A DNA stretch of 63,480 nt, the filler included, from Reticulomyxa filosa (Eukaryota > Protista > Foraminifera), in assembly GCA_000512085.1 (NCBI GenBank). It is 24 parts of 24 records of this genome, joined end to end, with 100 filler letters (N's around TTAATTAATTAA, not from the genome) between each part and the next. Parts side by side here need not be neighbours in the genome. Positions count along the whole stretch, not along the records: positions 50,143 to 54,367 come from ASPP01024507.1; positions 54,468 to 59,323 come from ASPP01041652.1; positions 59,424 to 61,368 come from ASPP01009758.1; positions 61,469 to 63,480 come from ASPP01008876.1; 20 more parts are not named here. One strand, written 5' to 3'. Position 1 is the stretch's first letter. Each line of letters starts with the position of its first letter. Under the pieces are notes generated by a model. The model did no database searches and was not told the origin of the DNA. It saw nothing but the letters and a program-made list of their open reading frames with translations. Position numbers and translations under genes: made by a program. Positions 50,182 through 63,472 of the stretch are shown piece after piece.

Positions 50182-52147
50182 ATGGAAGCAAATGAGCATT
50201 GGAAGTCTAGCCGAGAAGCTGAGACTTTTCAATTTAATGCGGATATCGCACAATTGATGAGGTATTTTATTTTTTAAGAAATTTATTTACGCGAAGAGTT
50301 CGCAAAAAAAAAAACAAAAACGTATGTATGAATAACAAAAAAAAACGTATGTATAACCAAAAAAAAATGATACGTATAACAAAAAAAACACACACATACG
50401 TATGATAAAAAAAAATAGATTAATCATTAATGCCGTTTTCTCTAATAAGGAAATTTTTTTGCGAGAGTTAATATCAAATGCGAGTGATGCGCTTGATAAA
50501 ATAAGATACGTGTCGCGTCCGAACCCTGAAGTGCTAGAGAAAGAGAAAAAACTTAAAAATGAGATTATACCCGATCCCGATGAAAAAGTGTTAATAATAA
50601 GAAATGCCGGGATCGGAATGACAAAAGAAGATCTTGTGAATAACATTGGAACAATTGCCCGAAGTGGCACAAAACAATTTATTGAAATAATATCTGCAGG
50701 CGCAGACATTTCAACGATAGGCCAGTTTGGTGTTGGCTTTTATAGCGCCTATTTAGCGAATGAGCGCGTGGTGGTGAGAAGTAAACACAACGAGGATGAA
50801 CAACATGTGTGGAAAATTATAGCAAGCGGCACTTTCAGGGTTCGTGATGACATCGATAACCCGTACCAAATAAAACGGGGAACTGAGATATACTTGCACT
50901 TAAAAGATGATTGCGCAAACTTTTGTAAGAAAAAAAATGTAAAAAAACTTGTTAAAAAATACTCGCGGTTTGTAGCATTCCAGATTAGCTTGTTGACAAT
51001 CAAAGAAGAAGAAAAGGTTTTGTATTTGTGTTTTATTTGTTTTGTATATACGTACATACTGTTGGGGGGTAAGTGTTACTGATTTTTTTTTAAGATAAAA
51101 AAAAGGGTGTTTGATCCGGTTTAATTTAGGAAGTGAACAAAGAGGAAGTAAAAGTGAGCAACGATAAGGAAAAAAAAAAAATTAAAGAAAAAAAAGAAAA
51201 ATTGGAACTGCTGAACAAGCAGAAACAAATTTGGACCAGAAAGCTGGAAGAAGTGTCGAAGGAGGAATACACAGCATTTTATAAATCAATCTGCAACGAT
51301 TGTGAAGAACACTTGGCAGTGAAACATTTTAGCGCTGATGGCCAGTTGGAATTCTCCGGATTATTATTTGTGCCAAAGAAGGCACTGTTATTTGAACCAA
51401 CGAAGAAAAAGAAGAACATTAAACTCTTTGTTCAAAGAGTCTTTATTATTGATGGTTGTAAGGATCTTTGCACCGAATGTCTGTCGTTTATTCGAGGTGT
51501 AGTGAAAAGCGAAGATTTGCCATTGAAATCATTGCAGCAAAATATGATATTAAAGATAATCCAGAAAAATATAGTAAATAAATGTTTGGAGCTATTTGGC
51601 GAAATTGTGGAAAATAAAGCTGACTTCAAAGTATTCTATGAGCAGTTCCACAAGAATCTCAAACTGTGGATTAACGAAGACGCAAAGAATCGAAACAAAT
51701 TGGCCGATTTGTTAAAATATCATTCAACTAAATCTAGTGAAGAACTCAAGTCGCTGAAGGAATATGTTAAAGGTTTGGATTTACCATTGACCGAAGAAGA
51801 AAAAGTTATTTTTTTTTAAAGTATACTTAAAAAAAAAAACGAAAAACGTTTACGCACAATTGTTTTTGACTTGTTTTACAGGAACAAAAAGATGAAAAAG
51901 TCATATTGGTGGACAATGTAGAAAAAATTATGGTCAGCTGTCGAATGGTTGAATCGACTTGCCCATTGGTTACAGGAGAATATGGCTGGTCGGCAAATAT
52001 GGAAAGAATTATGAAGATGATTAGCTTCAAAATGAAGATGACGCAAAAGATGTATCAAAAGAACAAGAAGCGGACAAACCAGACGCTTCAGCAGAAAATG
52101 CTGACTTGGAAAAGGAAGAAGTCTATGCAATGGAAGAAGTTGATTAA
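50182..52147 (+). pseudogene. HSP90: Cytosolic Hsp90, intron-containing defective copy
   Basis: ETFQFNADIAQLM|[69 protein letters not shown] and terminal MEEVD*. It has an IRNAGIGMT substitution, loss of NISRE, large middle and C-domain deletions, and an out-of-frame C-terminus. Confidence 0.88.
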
Positions 52148-52559
52148 TCTTTGTTGTAGGGGAAGCAAAGAAATTGTGAGTCTTTGTTTTACCAATGCTT
52201 TTTTTAATTTTTATTTTAAACTGGATATTTTTGAAATGAACACATTCAACCATTGGTTCGCAAAAAAAACTATTCATTTTTACTAACTTTAACAAAAATT
52301 CTTTTAAGTGCCAACAAAAAGAATCTTTACAATACAAAGCAATATTTCAGTTTTAAGAATTTTTTTTAAAAGTGAATGGGAGATGGAAAGTTTAATACAA
52401 ACGTTTCCATTGATATACAATGCCATTCAGGCGAATTATTCGTATGTGATGATATTCCTTGTAGAGGACGACAACCTCTTGACACCACAAATGAAAGTTA
52501 ACAATATTATTTTCCTTTTCATCGACTGTCAAAGTGTCTAAAATTAAGGCAGCCTTATT

Positions 52560-53670
52560 TGGATCATAGAAGAGAATCTTGTATCAATCTTCGGGTATTT
52601 TGACGGCGCCAATACTGACAGCTCGAATGGTAAAGTGACAAGGATTGTCCATATTTAAGTCGATTTTGACGGCAATGCTCTCGTAAGTGCGCTTGGGTTG
52701 TTCCATTTTGGCATATATGCCTTTCAAATGCGATCGAAAATCGGCCAAACCTGGTGCCGAAGGAAAGGTACTGATTGGGAGTCTGCAAGTGATGTTCACG
52801 AAAGGATGTGTGTCATTTACAATATGCAATGCCAAAGTGCAAGACCCTGAAGTCAGAGTCGATGACACTATTTTCTTTTTCGTCGTCGTCTCTGTCGTAG
52901 TTATGTGGTAACAGTGTCCGGACGGCAACGCCTCCTTCCGCCGAGAAAGATGCGCTGTGGTCGACGAGGACCAGTCCTAACACCTTCACTGTTTGCTCGC
53001 GCACGTGCAGCATCGCGTTTACTGCGACGCTGCAGCATCTCTTGCCGACGTTGCTTGGTCATCCTCTTGCCAAACAGCTTGCGTCCCAATAACAAAGAAT
53101 AGTGAGTCTTTGTCTTCAAAGTAGTGCATACAGTGCTTCGGCAGCAAACACTTCGGCACGCAGCTTCGGCATGTCAAACGTCCATTTCGACTGCATGTCC
53201 ACCGTCCACGTTTTCCGCTGGTTGTTCGAGTTAATCTCCAATAGTTCGCATCGCGGTTCCTTTGGCACTTTCGTTCAATTGAAAGAAAAGATTATACATA
53301 CATGTATATAATATTTCAATGCAAAATTTTTACCTTCGACCCCTGGAATGAAATTGGATCGAGGTGCCGAAAGCGCATATATACGAGAGATGTCGACAAT
53401 ATATGCACACGTGGATACCCACACGGTCGAAGACTCGTGTTTTCATTGGGATATTGGCCTTGCAGCAGCTTCAAACGATACCGATTTCGTCATACGATAA
53501 TCATGTAAGCGATTTAGAAGTGGTAAGGGCCACGAGGAATGAACCAACAAAATACCAAGAGGACAGAAGATAAGCCTTATCATTCGAAATTATCGACGGG
53601 GGGTCGAAGTTCCATGTAAAGAACTAGACTCGTTCGTCTAGCTTGGCAGTGTTCGTTTTCATCAACATCT
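52560..53670 (-). pseudogene. Degenerate coding sequence of unknown family
   Basis: GC-richer coding-like blocks with an intron-like AT-rich break near 53280-53335. All frames are interrupted. Confidence 0.3.
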
Positions 53671-53999
53671 TTGAAAATTTAACTTGCTCTGATACAAAAA
53701 TATAACAATTAAATGAAACCCTTTATTTAATTAATTGAACATAACAAATGCATTCATTCCTTTTTTTAATCAAAACACAACTCCTTTGCACCTTTTTATC
53801 GTTTTTTATTACCCTTTTTTTATATCAAAAAATATGGTTCAACAACAAAAGTTCAGTGTTGAAATAACAAATATTATTTTCCTTGTAATAGAGTGTACGC
53901 GAGCATGTTGAATATTGAAATTTGTGAAATTGGTTGTTTTGAATTTCAGCAAAAAAAAAGGGAGTAGCAACAAATTAATTTGATTGTCAAAATTAAAAA

Positions 54000-54330
54000 A
54001 GAAGCATCTTCATCATCCGACCCTTCATCTTGGGTTGCTTTGACACCAGCGTCTTTTGCTTGTGGCAGCACATCTTGTGGAACAAATAAGTGTCTATCGT
54101 TCGTCCAAACATGAATTTTCTTTGCTTTCAATGCACCAACCAAATAAACAAACGAACAAAGTAAGATTAACTTTTTGAGTCATTCAATACTCAACTAAGT
54201 TCCAAATCAAATGGTTTATCTTTGACGTCGTCATGAATGGGATAAATACCAACAAAAAAAATCTTTTAGAAGTCAATTTTTTCCAATTGAACCACTTTTA
54301 CAAAAGTCCGCAAAAAGCCGTGTACAGTCT
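54000..54330 (-). pseudogene. PSMA3: Proteasome subunit alpha type-3 (alpha7) C-terminal relic
   Basis: LEKIDF..IYPIHDDVKDKPFDLELS..TNDRHLFVPQDV..DEGSDDED vs PSMA3 IYIVHDEVKDKAFELELSW..TNGRHEIVPKD..ESDDD. Stops and frameshifts present. Confidence 0.65.
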
Positions 54331-54467
54331 GTAAACTAATGCCCTCGCCGATATTGTGTACTGCGGANNNNNNNNNNNNNNNNNNNNNNNNNNNNNNNNN
54401 NNNNNNNNNNNTTAATTAATTAANNNNNNNNNNNNNNNNNNNNNNNNNNNNNNNNNNNNNNNNNNNN

Positions 54468-55579
54468 TCAAACTCAAAACTGATTTTTTTGAGGGATTTA
54501 TCGCGAAGAGGAAGAAGTGGCGAGTGTATGGAATCCTTGGCAACAGTGTGGCCGAGGACGAAGATGTCGTCGACGGATGAGGGCAGGACGTGTGCGGAAT
54601 GTCCTTTGCACAGGTGTTGGTTGGCGTAACACGTGTGATTGGAATCGAAGTACACGTCGACGTAGTCCATGTGCATTTGCGAGAACCACGCCTGAATACA
54701 GGCGTTGCGTTCTTCGACGTGCGTTTTGTAAAAGCTTTCGTCTTTACAACTGGGAATGCATCCAATGATAACGTGTTGGTAATCAATGCCAATCTCTTTG
54801 AAGGCCGCGCACAGCGAGTACAAATGATCCGGCGAACTCCTCCACGAACTGCTGATGATCACACTCAACTCGGGCGAATTTTGATCCAAAATGCTTTTCA
54901 GTCGGGCCATGTGCTCTTCACTCGGAAACTCTTTCAATGACTTGGTCGGCACGATCACGCCGTCCGCGTCCAAAAACAACAGATTATAATAACAACATAT
55001 ATGTGCCACGGGAGTGGGGGTCTCCGTTCCATGTTTTCCATTGCTATTGTGGAGATGATTATAAGCCGCGTCAAAGTCTTCTCCTCCCTCCATCGATGGG
55101 GTCATCGGTATTGGAGTGGTCATTTTGTTACCAGTCAATTGAGTGCTATGTCTCATCGAATCTTCTTTTTCTTTTTCTTTTTCTTTTTCGTTTGTTGGCG
55201 TCATCGGAATACACTTTTGATGGTAATGAATAGACTTGGTAGGACTGCTGTTACCACTGCCGCTATGGTGGCTTAATCCTGTCGTCTTTGTCAATGTTCC
55301 CGACCATTGCGACTCAGTCGTTACTGTCACTCCCACTCCTGTGGCTGCTCCTGTCGATGATGATGACGTATCGATGCATCGTCGACAATGACGCCGCATG
55401 TGTGAATGAGAACGTGGGAAATGTAACAGCTTCGAATATAATGACTCCGCGAACGCGTAGATCTTTGGATCATGCTGCAAGTCATATTGACGTAGTTTTT
55501 GAATCCATGGACTTTCGATACTTGCTACCTCTCCTGGTAGTGCTATTTTCAATTTCAGCTTCGCAAAACCACTGGCCAT
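54468..55579 (-). CDS. HAD-superfamily phosphatase of the 'Swiss Army Knife RNA repair' type (HAD_SAK_2-like) with a long N-terminal extension; 3' truncated
   Basis: LLFLDADGVI (motif I), RLKSILD..VIISSSWR (motif II), IIGCIP and ERNACIQAWF. Confidence 0.72.
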
Positions 55580-57199
55580 TGTTTTGTACTTTTCTAATAT
55601 TTAATCGTTACAATACAATATCCACAAGGCAGATCTAAAGTTTAGTTTAATCCTCTCAATTCTTTTTTTTCTTTTCCCAATGCAGAACAATACTGGACAT
55701 GAGAGAAATTTCATCAAAAATAGTGCATATTTTGCTATCCTTTTTTAAAAAACAAAGCTTTGTTTTTCGATTATATCGTTTACTTGAAGACACCGAATTA
55801 GAAATAAATGCATTCTTCAACAATCTTGCCCATTTTAATAAATTATTGTAACTTTATGCCATAAGCTTTTCATAACACATCAACACCGTATTACATTTTG
55901 TCAGGTTATATTAGACTAGCTTTTTTTTACATTCTCTATTGCACTTGATATGTTTTTTAATTGCCTGTATACCTGAGTAACACTTAACTCAATAAATTTC
56001 AGGTACGTTTTCATGTCCCATTTGTATTATTCATTGGCATCCACTAACTTCCAATTTGTTTTGTATTTATTACAAATTTGCAACCGTTTAATACGGCAAA
56101 AAAAGTTGATATCTAAACGGTACTGTATGAAAAACAACATTAAATCAAATTTTTTCATTTTAAAAAATATCTACGAATCGTGTTGCTTTTAAATATCGTT
56201 TTGATTTTAGTTTTTATTTTTCGAAGTTTTTTCAAAAATTAAATTTTTTTCTCCAAAAAAACCACAAAAATAATCGTAGTTATTTTAGTGAACATTTAAA
56301 TTGATTTGATTTTTGCCTTTTTACAAATTTGTGTCACACACAAAAAAAATTGAATTATAAATAAATAGTTGTGATTGACTTTGTAGTGTATCAACAATTT
56401 CACATATATCAATATGCACAGCAGTGGCGTGTAAAGTTTCATTGAAATACTACAGAAAAATATTAAGTTGCGACATTCCAAATAACTTTCAATAATCAAT
56501 ACTTCTTGCATAAGCACAATCACAACGAAGGAGTCTGAAATGACGATCACAGTATTGTAAGATGTGCTAGTAATCCATACAAGAATTTTGCAAATGATAT
56601 ATATTATTTTGAATCGAATTTGTATAAGTATATTCCATTGTTGGTCTGATGATTAACTTATAAAGTATAATTAGATAGGTTGCAGTGTCAAGTGTATTAT
56701 ACTGCTGCATGCTTCATATCCAACTTGCACTGCATTCTGCACAATACTTGCACAAACTTAGGCTAAGAATTAGAACTAGTATTCAAAAAAAATAAAAATA
56801 GGCAGAACTACAAGAAATTTTACAACGACCAAATGATCCAAATAAACAATAATTTAAGAATCAAATTTAATACATTTAAATTGGATTTGTCTTGACAATT
56901 GTTCAATATTTTCTCTTTGGTAACATTAGGTTTCAGCGTTAGATCACCAATGATGAATTGTTTCATTGACATTACCAAGTCCTGAAAACTAGAAAAATAT
57001 TAATTTATCTCAAAATATCATATCTACATATAGACAACAAGAGAATAAAACATAGTTTCAAATTTTGGTTTAAACTTCTTTTTTTTAGCTTTACTTTTGC
57101 AAAAAAATTTGTATTTTAAGATACTTCGATATCTATTAAGCTTTGAAGGAAATTTTGAAAGTCAAGTATTTCAAACGTTATTTCTTCCAAGAAAGTTTT

Positions 57200-58680
57200 A
57201 CAAGACTTTTCGGACCAAGAAAGAAGAAAGATTTTTATAGTAATATGGACGTCTACATGAATCGCACAAGAAGAGTTCCATAAAACGCAAATTGTTAAAG
57301 TAATGATATTTAATTCTGATGATGCCATCAAGATATTGAAAGACAGGAAGATCTGTCGAAGAGATTTACATTCATCATCACGACTATTCAATAACATGAC
57401 CGATACGTTCAATGTATTTGATTATAGGTCGTGTTGGGTGGAAATTTCATGTATGATCAAAAGAAACCGTTATTATTTTACAGTTTCTATCGAAATTTAC
57501 AGTGTAATCATTTCAATATTCAAGCATTTGAACAAGAATTACAAAATGCTATGAAAATAACTGAATACATTATCATTGGAGGAAATTAGAATGCAATCAT
57601 CATGAATGGTTGGATCATAACATAGACGATGTTGGTGATATATCAAAATGATATTACAAAAGAGGGAGTTATTGAAGCTATTGAACATTTGTAGCTCAAG
57701 GTTCTGATAGTATCCACAATCAAGTGCTCAAGAATGATGGCAATGCAATTATTGAATCATTGATATTCCTATTTGGATGGAGTTTCCGAATGGGATACAT
57801 ACCTATTGCATGGAAGAAGGCAAATATTGCCTATTCACAAGCATGACAGAGATCATAGTCAGTGTACGAATCATAGGCCAATTGCATCAAACACAAGCAG
57901 GATTCCAGTCGTGGCATAACACAGAGAAATTGTTATTGAGATTGACTGAGACGATCTACAAGTCATTCGATTGCAATTAAGTGACTTATACAGTGTTATT
58001 GGATATTCCTTCAGCATATGATAGTGTTTGGAGAAATAGATTGATATAGAAAATGAGTAATGAATTTAAATTAGATGGAAGATTATATTGGTGGATTGAC
58101 AGCTTTTTATCAGATTGATTGGAAGAGCATTATCAACTCTGAATGGCTCCATTCAATACTAAAGTTCCTCAAGATCTGCTTTATCCTCAATATTGTCTTT
58201 ATTGTATATTAATGATTTACCGACAGTTATCCATCAACATATTCAATGTGAAATGTTTGCTGATAACGTGGCACTTTGGACATCGATATTCACAAATGAT
58301 GTTGTGGATGATCAATTGCAATCATTGCAGCAAAGTTTGGGTGAAGTATCCATTTGGTCGAATAAATGGAAAATGCTACTCGCAGGTGATAAGATGCCGT
58401 GCATCACATTCATAAATCAAAACAAAAGAAAATTCACAAAGGCGCAATTAACATTGCAGCAATCAAACATGAAAGAATGCAATAATGTAAAGAATCTTGG
58501 ATTGTTTCTTGATTCACACATGATTTATTCTAAGCATGTTAATTACATCTATTGCAAAGCAGGAAGGAAACTTGGATATCTGATACTTATATTCATACAA
58601 AGGTATCAGACCAAGTTTATACATATAATATATTATAAAAAAAAATATAGTTGATAATCATCGATCATGTGAAAAAGTTT
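57200..58680 (+). mobile_element. Degenerate LINE (APE endonuclease + reverse transcriptase) with many deletions
   Basis: EN-like IIIGGN*NANHHEW. RT AQGSDSIHNQVLK, IPIAWKKANI, QAGFQ, LLDIPSAYDSVW, VPQ, LLYINDL, MFADNV, KNLGLFLDS and KAGRKLGYL. Confidence 0.88.
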
Positions 58681-59466
58681 CAAGATTTGGAAGATTATGA
58701 TCATTGAAGTTAGATTAACAAGATATTTCGTCGTATTTCGAAATCGTCGCAGATTCAACTAGCTTCAAACAACAAGAATCTTCAAGACAAAGTCCGAAAA
58801 TTTTTTTTAATAGTAAAATTAATTTTTTATAGTGTTGGATTTTGTGATTGTAGTTTGTTGTTAACCTTTTTACCCTTTTAGTAACGTCTTTTGTTGCAGT
58901 TCATTTTCGGATGGTATAGTCGATTATGCATCTTTGTGTGGTGTGACTGTTAGAGGTTTTAGTACTTTTAAACTTAATGAGTATCTTGTCATCAGTTGCT
59001 TAAGTGTACCGAGCAAACTCATGGTAACTGAGATAGCAACTCTTTTACTAGCAACGGAAGGCTTGTGTGAGAAGGTATCGATCTTGTTTAGCCTTAAGAG
59101 TATTCGACGCTTTCGAGAATTAGCATTCTCGAGGCAAATAACAGTCTTTTGTGTTTGGTCGGGTAACTTCTACTAAACAGCGGGCAAAACCGAAACTCAC
59201 TAGCTGATAACAAGGCTTGTGAAGGCGATCTGGACGGTCGAGGCAATGTGTTTTTACCCCAATCGGATCTACTACAAGCCATGCTGAGACAAAATACCCC
59301 ACATGGAATTGGATCAAGAATTANNNNNNNNNNNNNNNNNNNNNNNNNNNNNNNNNNNNNNNNNNNNTTAATTAATTAANNNNNNNNNNNNNNNNNNNNN
59401 NNNNNNNNNNNNNNNNNNNNNNNAAAAAAAAAAACAAACAAACAAAAAACAAATAATATGAAAAAG

Positions 59467-60526
59467 GGAAGTGGCAAATCTCGAAAAGACGAATTGCAAG
59501 AATGGACTTATCCTCGTCTTGATGACGGAAAAATAGAAGTAATGGCAACTGGAGGTGTACATGATTTGTTACAACAAAAAGCAAACATGTCTCATGCTCA
59601 CAGAATTGCCCAAAGCAAGGACATCACAATTCGAATTAAACAAGTCCCTATTGCAATGCAAATCGACGGAGAGGCCTGGGTGGTACCTAAACCTTGTACT
59701 CTCCGTGTTCGATTGCTTGGTAAACTACCTACCATTATCGGATACGCACAACCTCGCGGAGTAGACTCGTGGTTACAAGCTTCATTAGATGACGAACACA
59801 TCAATGAGGCTAAAAAGGAGTTCCGAGAAATGTGTCGAAATAAGTATGGAGTGTCACAAGAAAAAGGTAAAAAAAAAAAACAAACAAACAAAAGATGAAG
59901 TGTCAATGAAACACATAACAAACAACTAAATAAGATTCGCCAACAAAGAACTCCATATTTGGACGCAGCTTGTCGTCGCTATCGACATTGTCAAGCTTTG
60001 CTCTATTGAATAATCCTCTGGTTTTCTTGCAATCTGAGACGCAACGCCAAAATGAATCGGGCAGTACTGAAGAAGAAGCAAATGGTAATGACCACACAGA
60101 CATTAAACAAGATCCTACTACACCTTCTTATGTACGTACTGCGTTGACGTCATTATATGGAAGCGTAGATAACCCCCCTCTTTCGGATGGATTGGCGGCA
60201 TTGTGGAACAGTTGGTTTGGCGGATTCGTCAAAACAACACAAAGTCCGGGCTCAAGCGCGTTCATGGAAGAGCGTGCACTTGCAATTGCTGGTAGTGATA
60301 CTATTGATTATGCTAATTCTGATCCAATTAACCACTTTCCTCTTCCTCAACAAATTCCCTCTGATCCAGCCACTGCAGCAGTTACTCACAAATAACAATT
60401 TCTTTGATTTGTCCATTTCTTTGAATGCAACCATTCAAAACACTCCAAAACAACAATACCAATAGGAACAGTCAACAAAAAATACGAGCAGTACCGAAGA
60501 AAACGAAACACAACAACAAAAATAAT
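59467..60526 (+). CDS. Diacylglycerol kinase, accessory domain and C-terminal exons (5' truncated)
   Basis: LDDGKIEVMA..HRIAQ..ITIRI..IAMQIDGEAW..PCTLRV matches the DAGK accessory domain. Downstream exons are low-complexity and the 3' end is approximate. Confidence 0.82.
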
Positions 60527-60921
60527 TTTAGCTGAAAGAATTCTCATCGTCCAAATGCAATTTTCTGTAAACGCAACAAATTTTTGCCACTCTTGTTGCT
60601 TATGTCATTACTACTACTTTTTTTTATTAATAACATTGGGTTTTATTGTTTGGTGTTTTTCTCCCTTCTCGTTTACGAAACAGTGCCTATAATTTCAAAG
60701 TAAGTTATTGAAATCATGAAGGAGTTTAAACTTTTGTCTTTCCAATTGGTGATAAATCAAGTTTTATTCGTTGTTATTTTGAAAATTTAAGTCAGGTTTC
60801 GTGTTTGTAATATTGTTCAAAATAACAAAATGAAAAATATAAATTGGACAAAATAATTCTTTGCAATTATTCGAAATTAAAAAATTGTGAATTTGATAAA
60901 GATTTAATTTCTTGCAAAGAA

Positions 60922-61368
60922 ATGTATAGATCCGTTTTACATTTTTCGGCTTCAAGTTTCAAAAATAGTAGTGAAGTCAGCCAATATCTATTTTTTGTAT
61001 TTGATGTCACACTTTTAAAACTGAAAAAGTTGTGTAACAACAAGCCGAGGGGAGGGAAAAAAAGGTCAAAAAAAAAATTCAAGAATATTATGCGTCCAAG
61101 AGGTTCTGCAGCTCCCTTAATCCAGTAGGAGGCTCTCGACCACAACCAAATACAAAACATGACAATGTAAATCTGATCTTTCGACGAAAAGAGCTACTAG
61201 GTTTTTTGAAAGAGTTGGAACAGCAGAACTTGAATCTGTGGGAAGAAGTGAACAATCGGTTTGACCAAACCGAAGCAGGCAATGAAAGCGGTTATAGCAA
61301 GAGCAACAAATTGAACGCAAGTGGCATGACAAAGACCACAAGCAATGGCACAAGCAATGGCACAAGCA
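60922..61368 (+). CDS. 5' part of a hypothetical, possibly mitochondrion-targeted protein
   Basis: MYRSVLHFSASSFKNSS, probable intron, then YYASKRFCSSLNP..LIFRRKELLGFLKELEQQ. Truncated by spacer. Confidence 0.35.
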
Positions 61369-61519
61369 NNNNNNNNNNNNNNNNNNNNNNNNNNNNNNNN
61401 NNNNNNNNNNNNTTAATTAATTAANNNNNNNNNNNNNNNNNNNNNNNNNNNNNNNNNNNNNNNNNNNNAAAAGAAAAGAAAAGAAAAGAAAAGAAAAGAA
61501 AAGAAAAGAAAAATGAAAC

Positions 61520-63433
61520 TCGAATAGTTTTGTCAGCAGAGGTAGAGATTAAGACGTTATTGAAGATGTTGACGTGAAGAGATCGAATCGAGTCATTGTG
61601 TTCATACATGGTTTGAATGTGTTTGGCCGACTGCAAACTGTATTGATCGATGATACCATTCACCCTCCCAACAAATCCAAAATTGCCACATGTGGAAATG
61701 CAGACACAAGTGACGCCACTCATCGATTGCCACACCATGTCAGGCATCAACATTTCTGATTCCAATCTCATTTTTTCAACCGACCACAATCGCACACGAT
61801 TGTCACCACTGTGGCATGTCATCACATTGGCCCAAAAGCGACTTTTGATCAGAGCTATTTCGAACAACGACAACGACAATTGTCAAATCAATATATACAT
61901 ATATGTATATATATATATATATGTATATATTGAAAAAAATACAAAACATGAGTCAAAATGTTTAATTTTTGGCAATTTGTGTCCTTTTAGAGCCCTTTGA
62001 CCCAAGGCACGACATTCCGAGTCTTTCTGCAGCCAGCTAATTCGTAGCTCTCCATCATTGGAGGTAGACAAGAGACCTCTTTGGCCGTAGAAGGAGACCA
62101 AATGTGGAGGCACGCCATGGCCACATCGATGTTTCAACAGTCGACAAATGCCGGTGCTTCCACTTGTCGTGCTATAGTCATCGAATATCCACATCTTCAG
62201 AGCATTGTCCACGCCGCTTGTCACCAGAATTGGCTCATTGTCCAAAAACTGTGCCGACACAATACGATCATTATGTGCCTGGCGATGCACTGCCTGCAAT
62301 CTTCGCTCTTTCAAATTCCACACCACGATATTCCCATCCGTGCCAACCGAACACATGTATGGCACGCCATCGGTACGAAACGACAATTTGTTAATTCGGC
62401 CATTGGTGTTTGTTTGAAAGTCTCCAATTTGTTGGTCTTTTTGTATGTATTGAAATGAAATATCACATCTCATTATTCAATCAGTATTATGCATATACAT
62501 ATATATGTACATATATATGTATGTACACATATATGTATGTACATATATATGTATGTGCATGTATATGTGTATATATGATAAAAAGTAACCGAGAGAGTGC
62601 TCGAATATATTTTTTGCGCGTTTGGCTCTGGGATTGTTATGTTCGAAAATCATTAGAGTTTGATCGATCCGAACGTTATGTATGACAATGAGGCCATTGG
62701 CATAGCCGATGCCAACCACGTCCAACGCCGGCGAAGGTTGGATGCATGTAATTGCACTGACGAGCGTCTCCATCTTTTCCAGTCCGTCTTGCGTCTCATT
62801 CTGGTCATGGCTTTCAGCTTCGTTCAAGTTTACGGGTTTGTTGTCCAGCGATATCACATCACGCATCGAAACGAATCGTCGTCGTGGCAAGTGATTTTTA
62901 AATGTGTAGATTTTCTGACATTTATTTTTTTATTTTTGTTATTTATTTGAAATATATCACATATGCAAATATGCAAATATGCAAATATGCAAATATGCAA
63001 ATATGCAAATATGCAAATATGCAAATATGCATATTCGCATATATGCCGGGCATCCACATCAATGCAATCCCGAAAAAATAGACCGCCCAACCCTTTGCGC
63101 TGACAAAACTGTTTCGGTGTTGAAATTCCACAACTCCATGTTACCACTTTGAAAGCCAATGATGATTTTGTTCAAATACGTTGGAAGATGAGCAATGCAG
63201 GTGATGTTGTCATTGCGATACACTTCATCGACAGTAAAGTTAAGCGTTTTGACTGGAGTGCTTAAAAATGACCCCTTGTGTCTCTCTATCGCTTTCGCAA
63301 CGTCGAACTTCGTATTCAAAATGTAGCCCAAGTCCCACAAGTACACCATGCCGTCAAGTCCGGCTGTCAACAGCAATGAGCCCAACAAAAGTGTTGCAAT
63401 TATTGGTCCCTGATGTTTCGTTATGCTGGCAAC
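61520..63433 (-). CDS. WDR36: U3 snoRNP protein UTP21/WDR36, internal exons
   Basis: HLPTYLNKIIIG..ELWN..KIYTF, SPALDVVGIG..HNVRIDQ, LSFRTDG, EPILVTSGVDNALKMWIFD, RLLKHRCGHGVPP and ISTCGNFGFVG. Confidence 0.92.
62961..63031. repeat. Intronic 8-bp tandem repeat (ATATGCAA)x8 plus a partial copy
   Basis: Direct reading. Lies inside a WDR36 intron. Confidence 0.92.
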
Positions 63434-63436
63434 CTA

Positions 63437-63472
<36 letters not shown>

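Noticed and set aside
2140-61468. Regularly recurring TTAATTAATTAA as a CRISPR-like array, telomere or chromosome-breakage signal
   Set aside because: It is always centred in exactly 44+44 Ns and encodes stops in all six frames, so it is an artificial concatenation linker.
63050-63110. Apparent premature stop or GC-AG intron in WDR36
   Set aside because: A normal GT donor after WNFNTET joins in frame to KIYTFK, so the stop lies within the intron.
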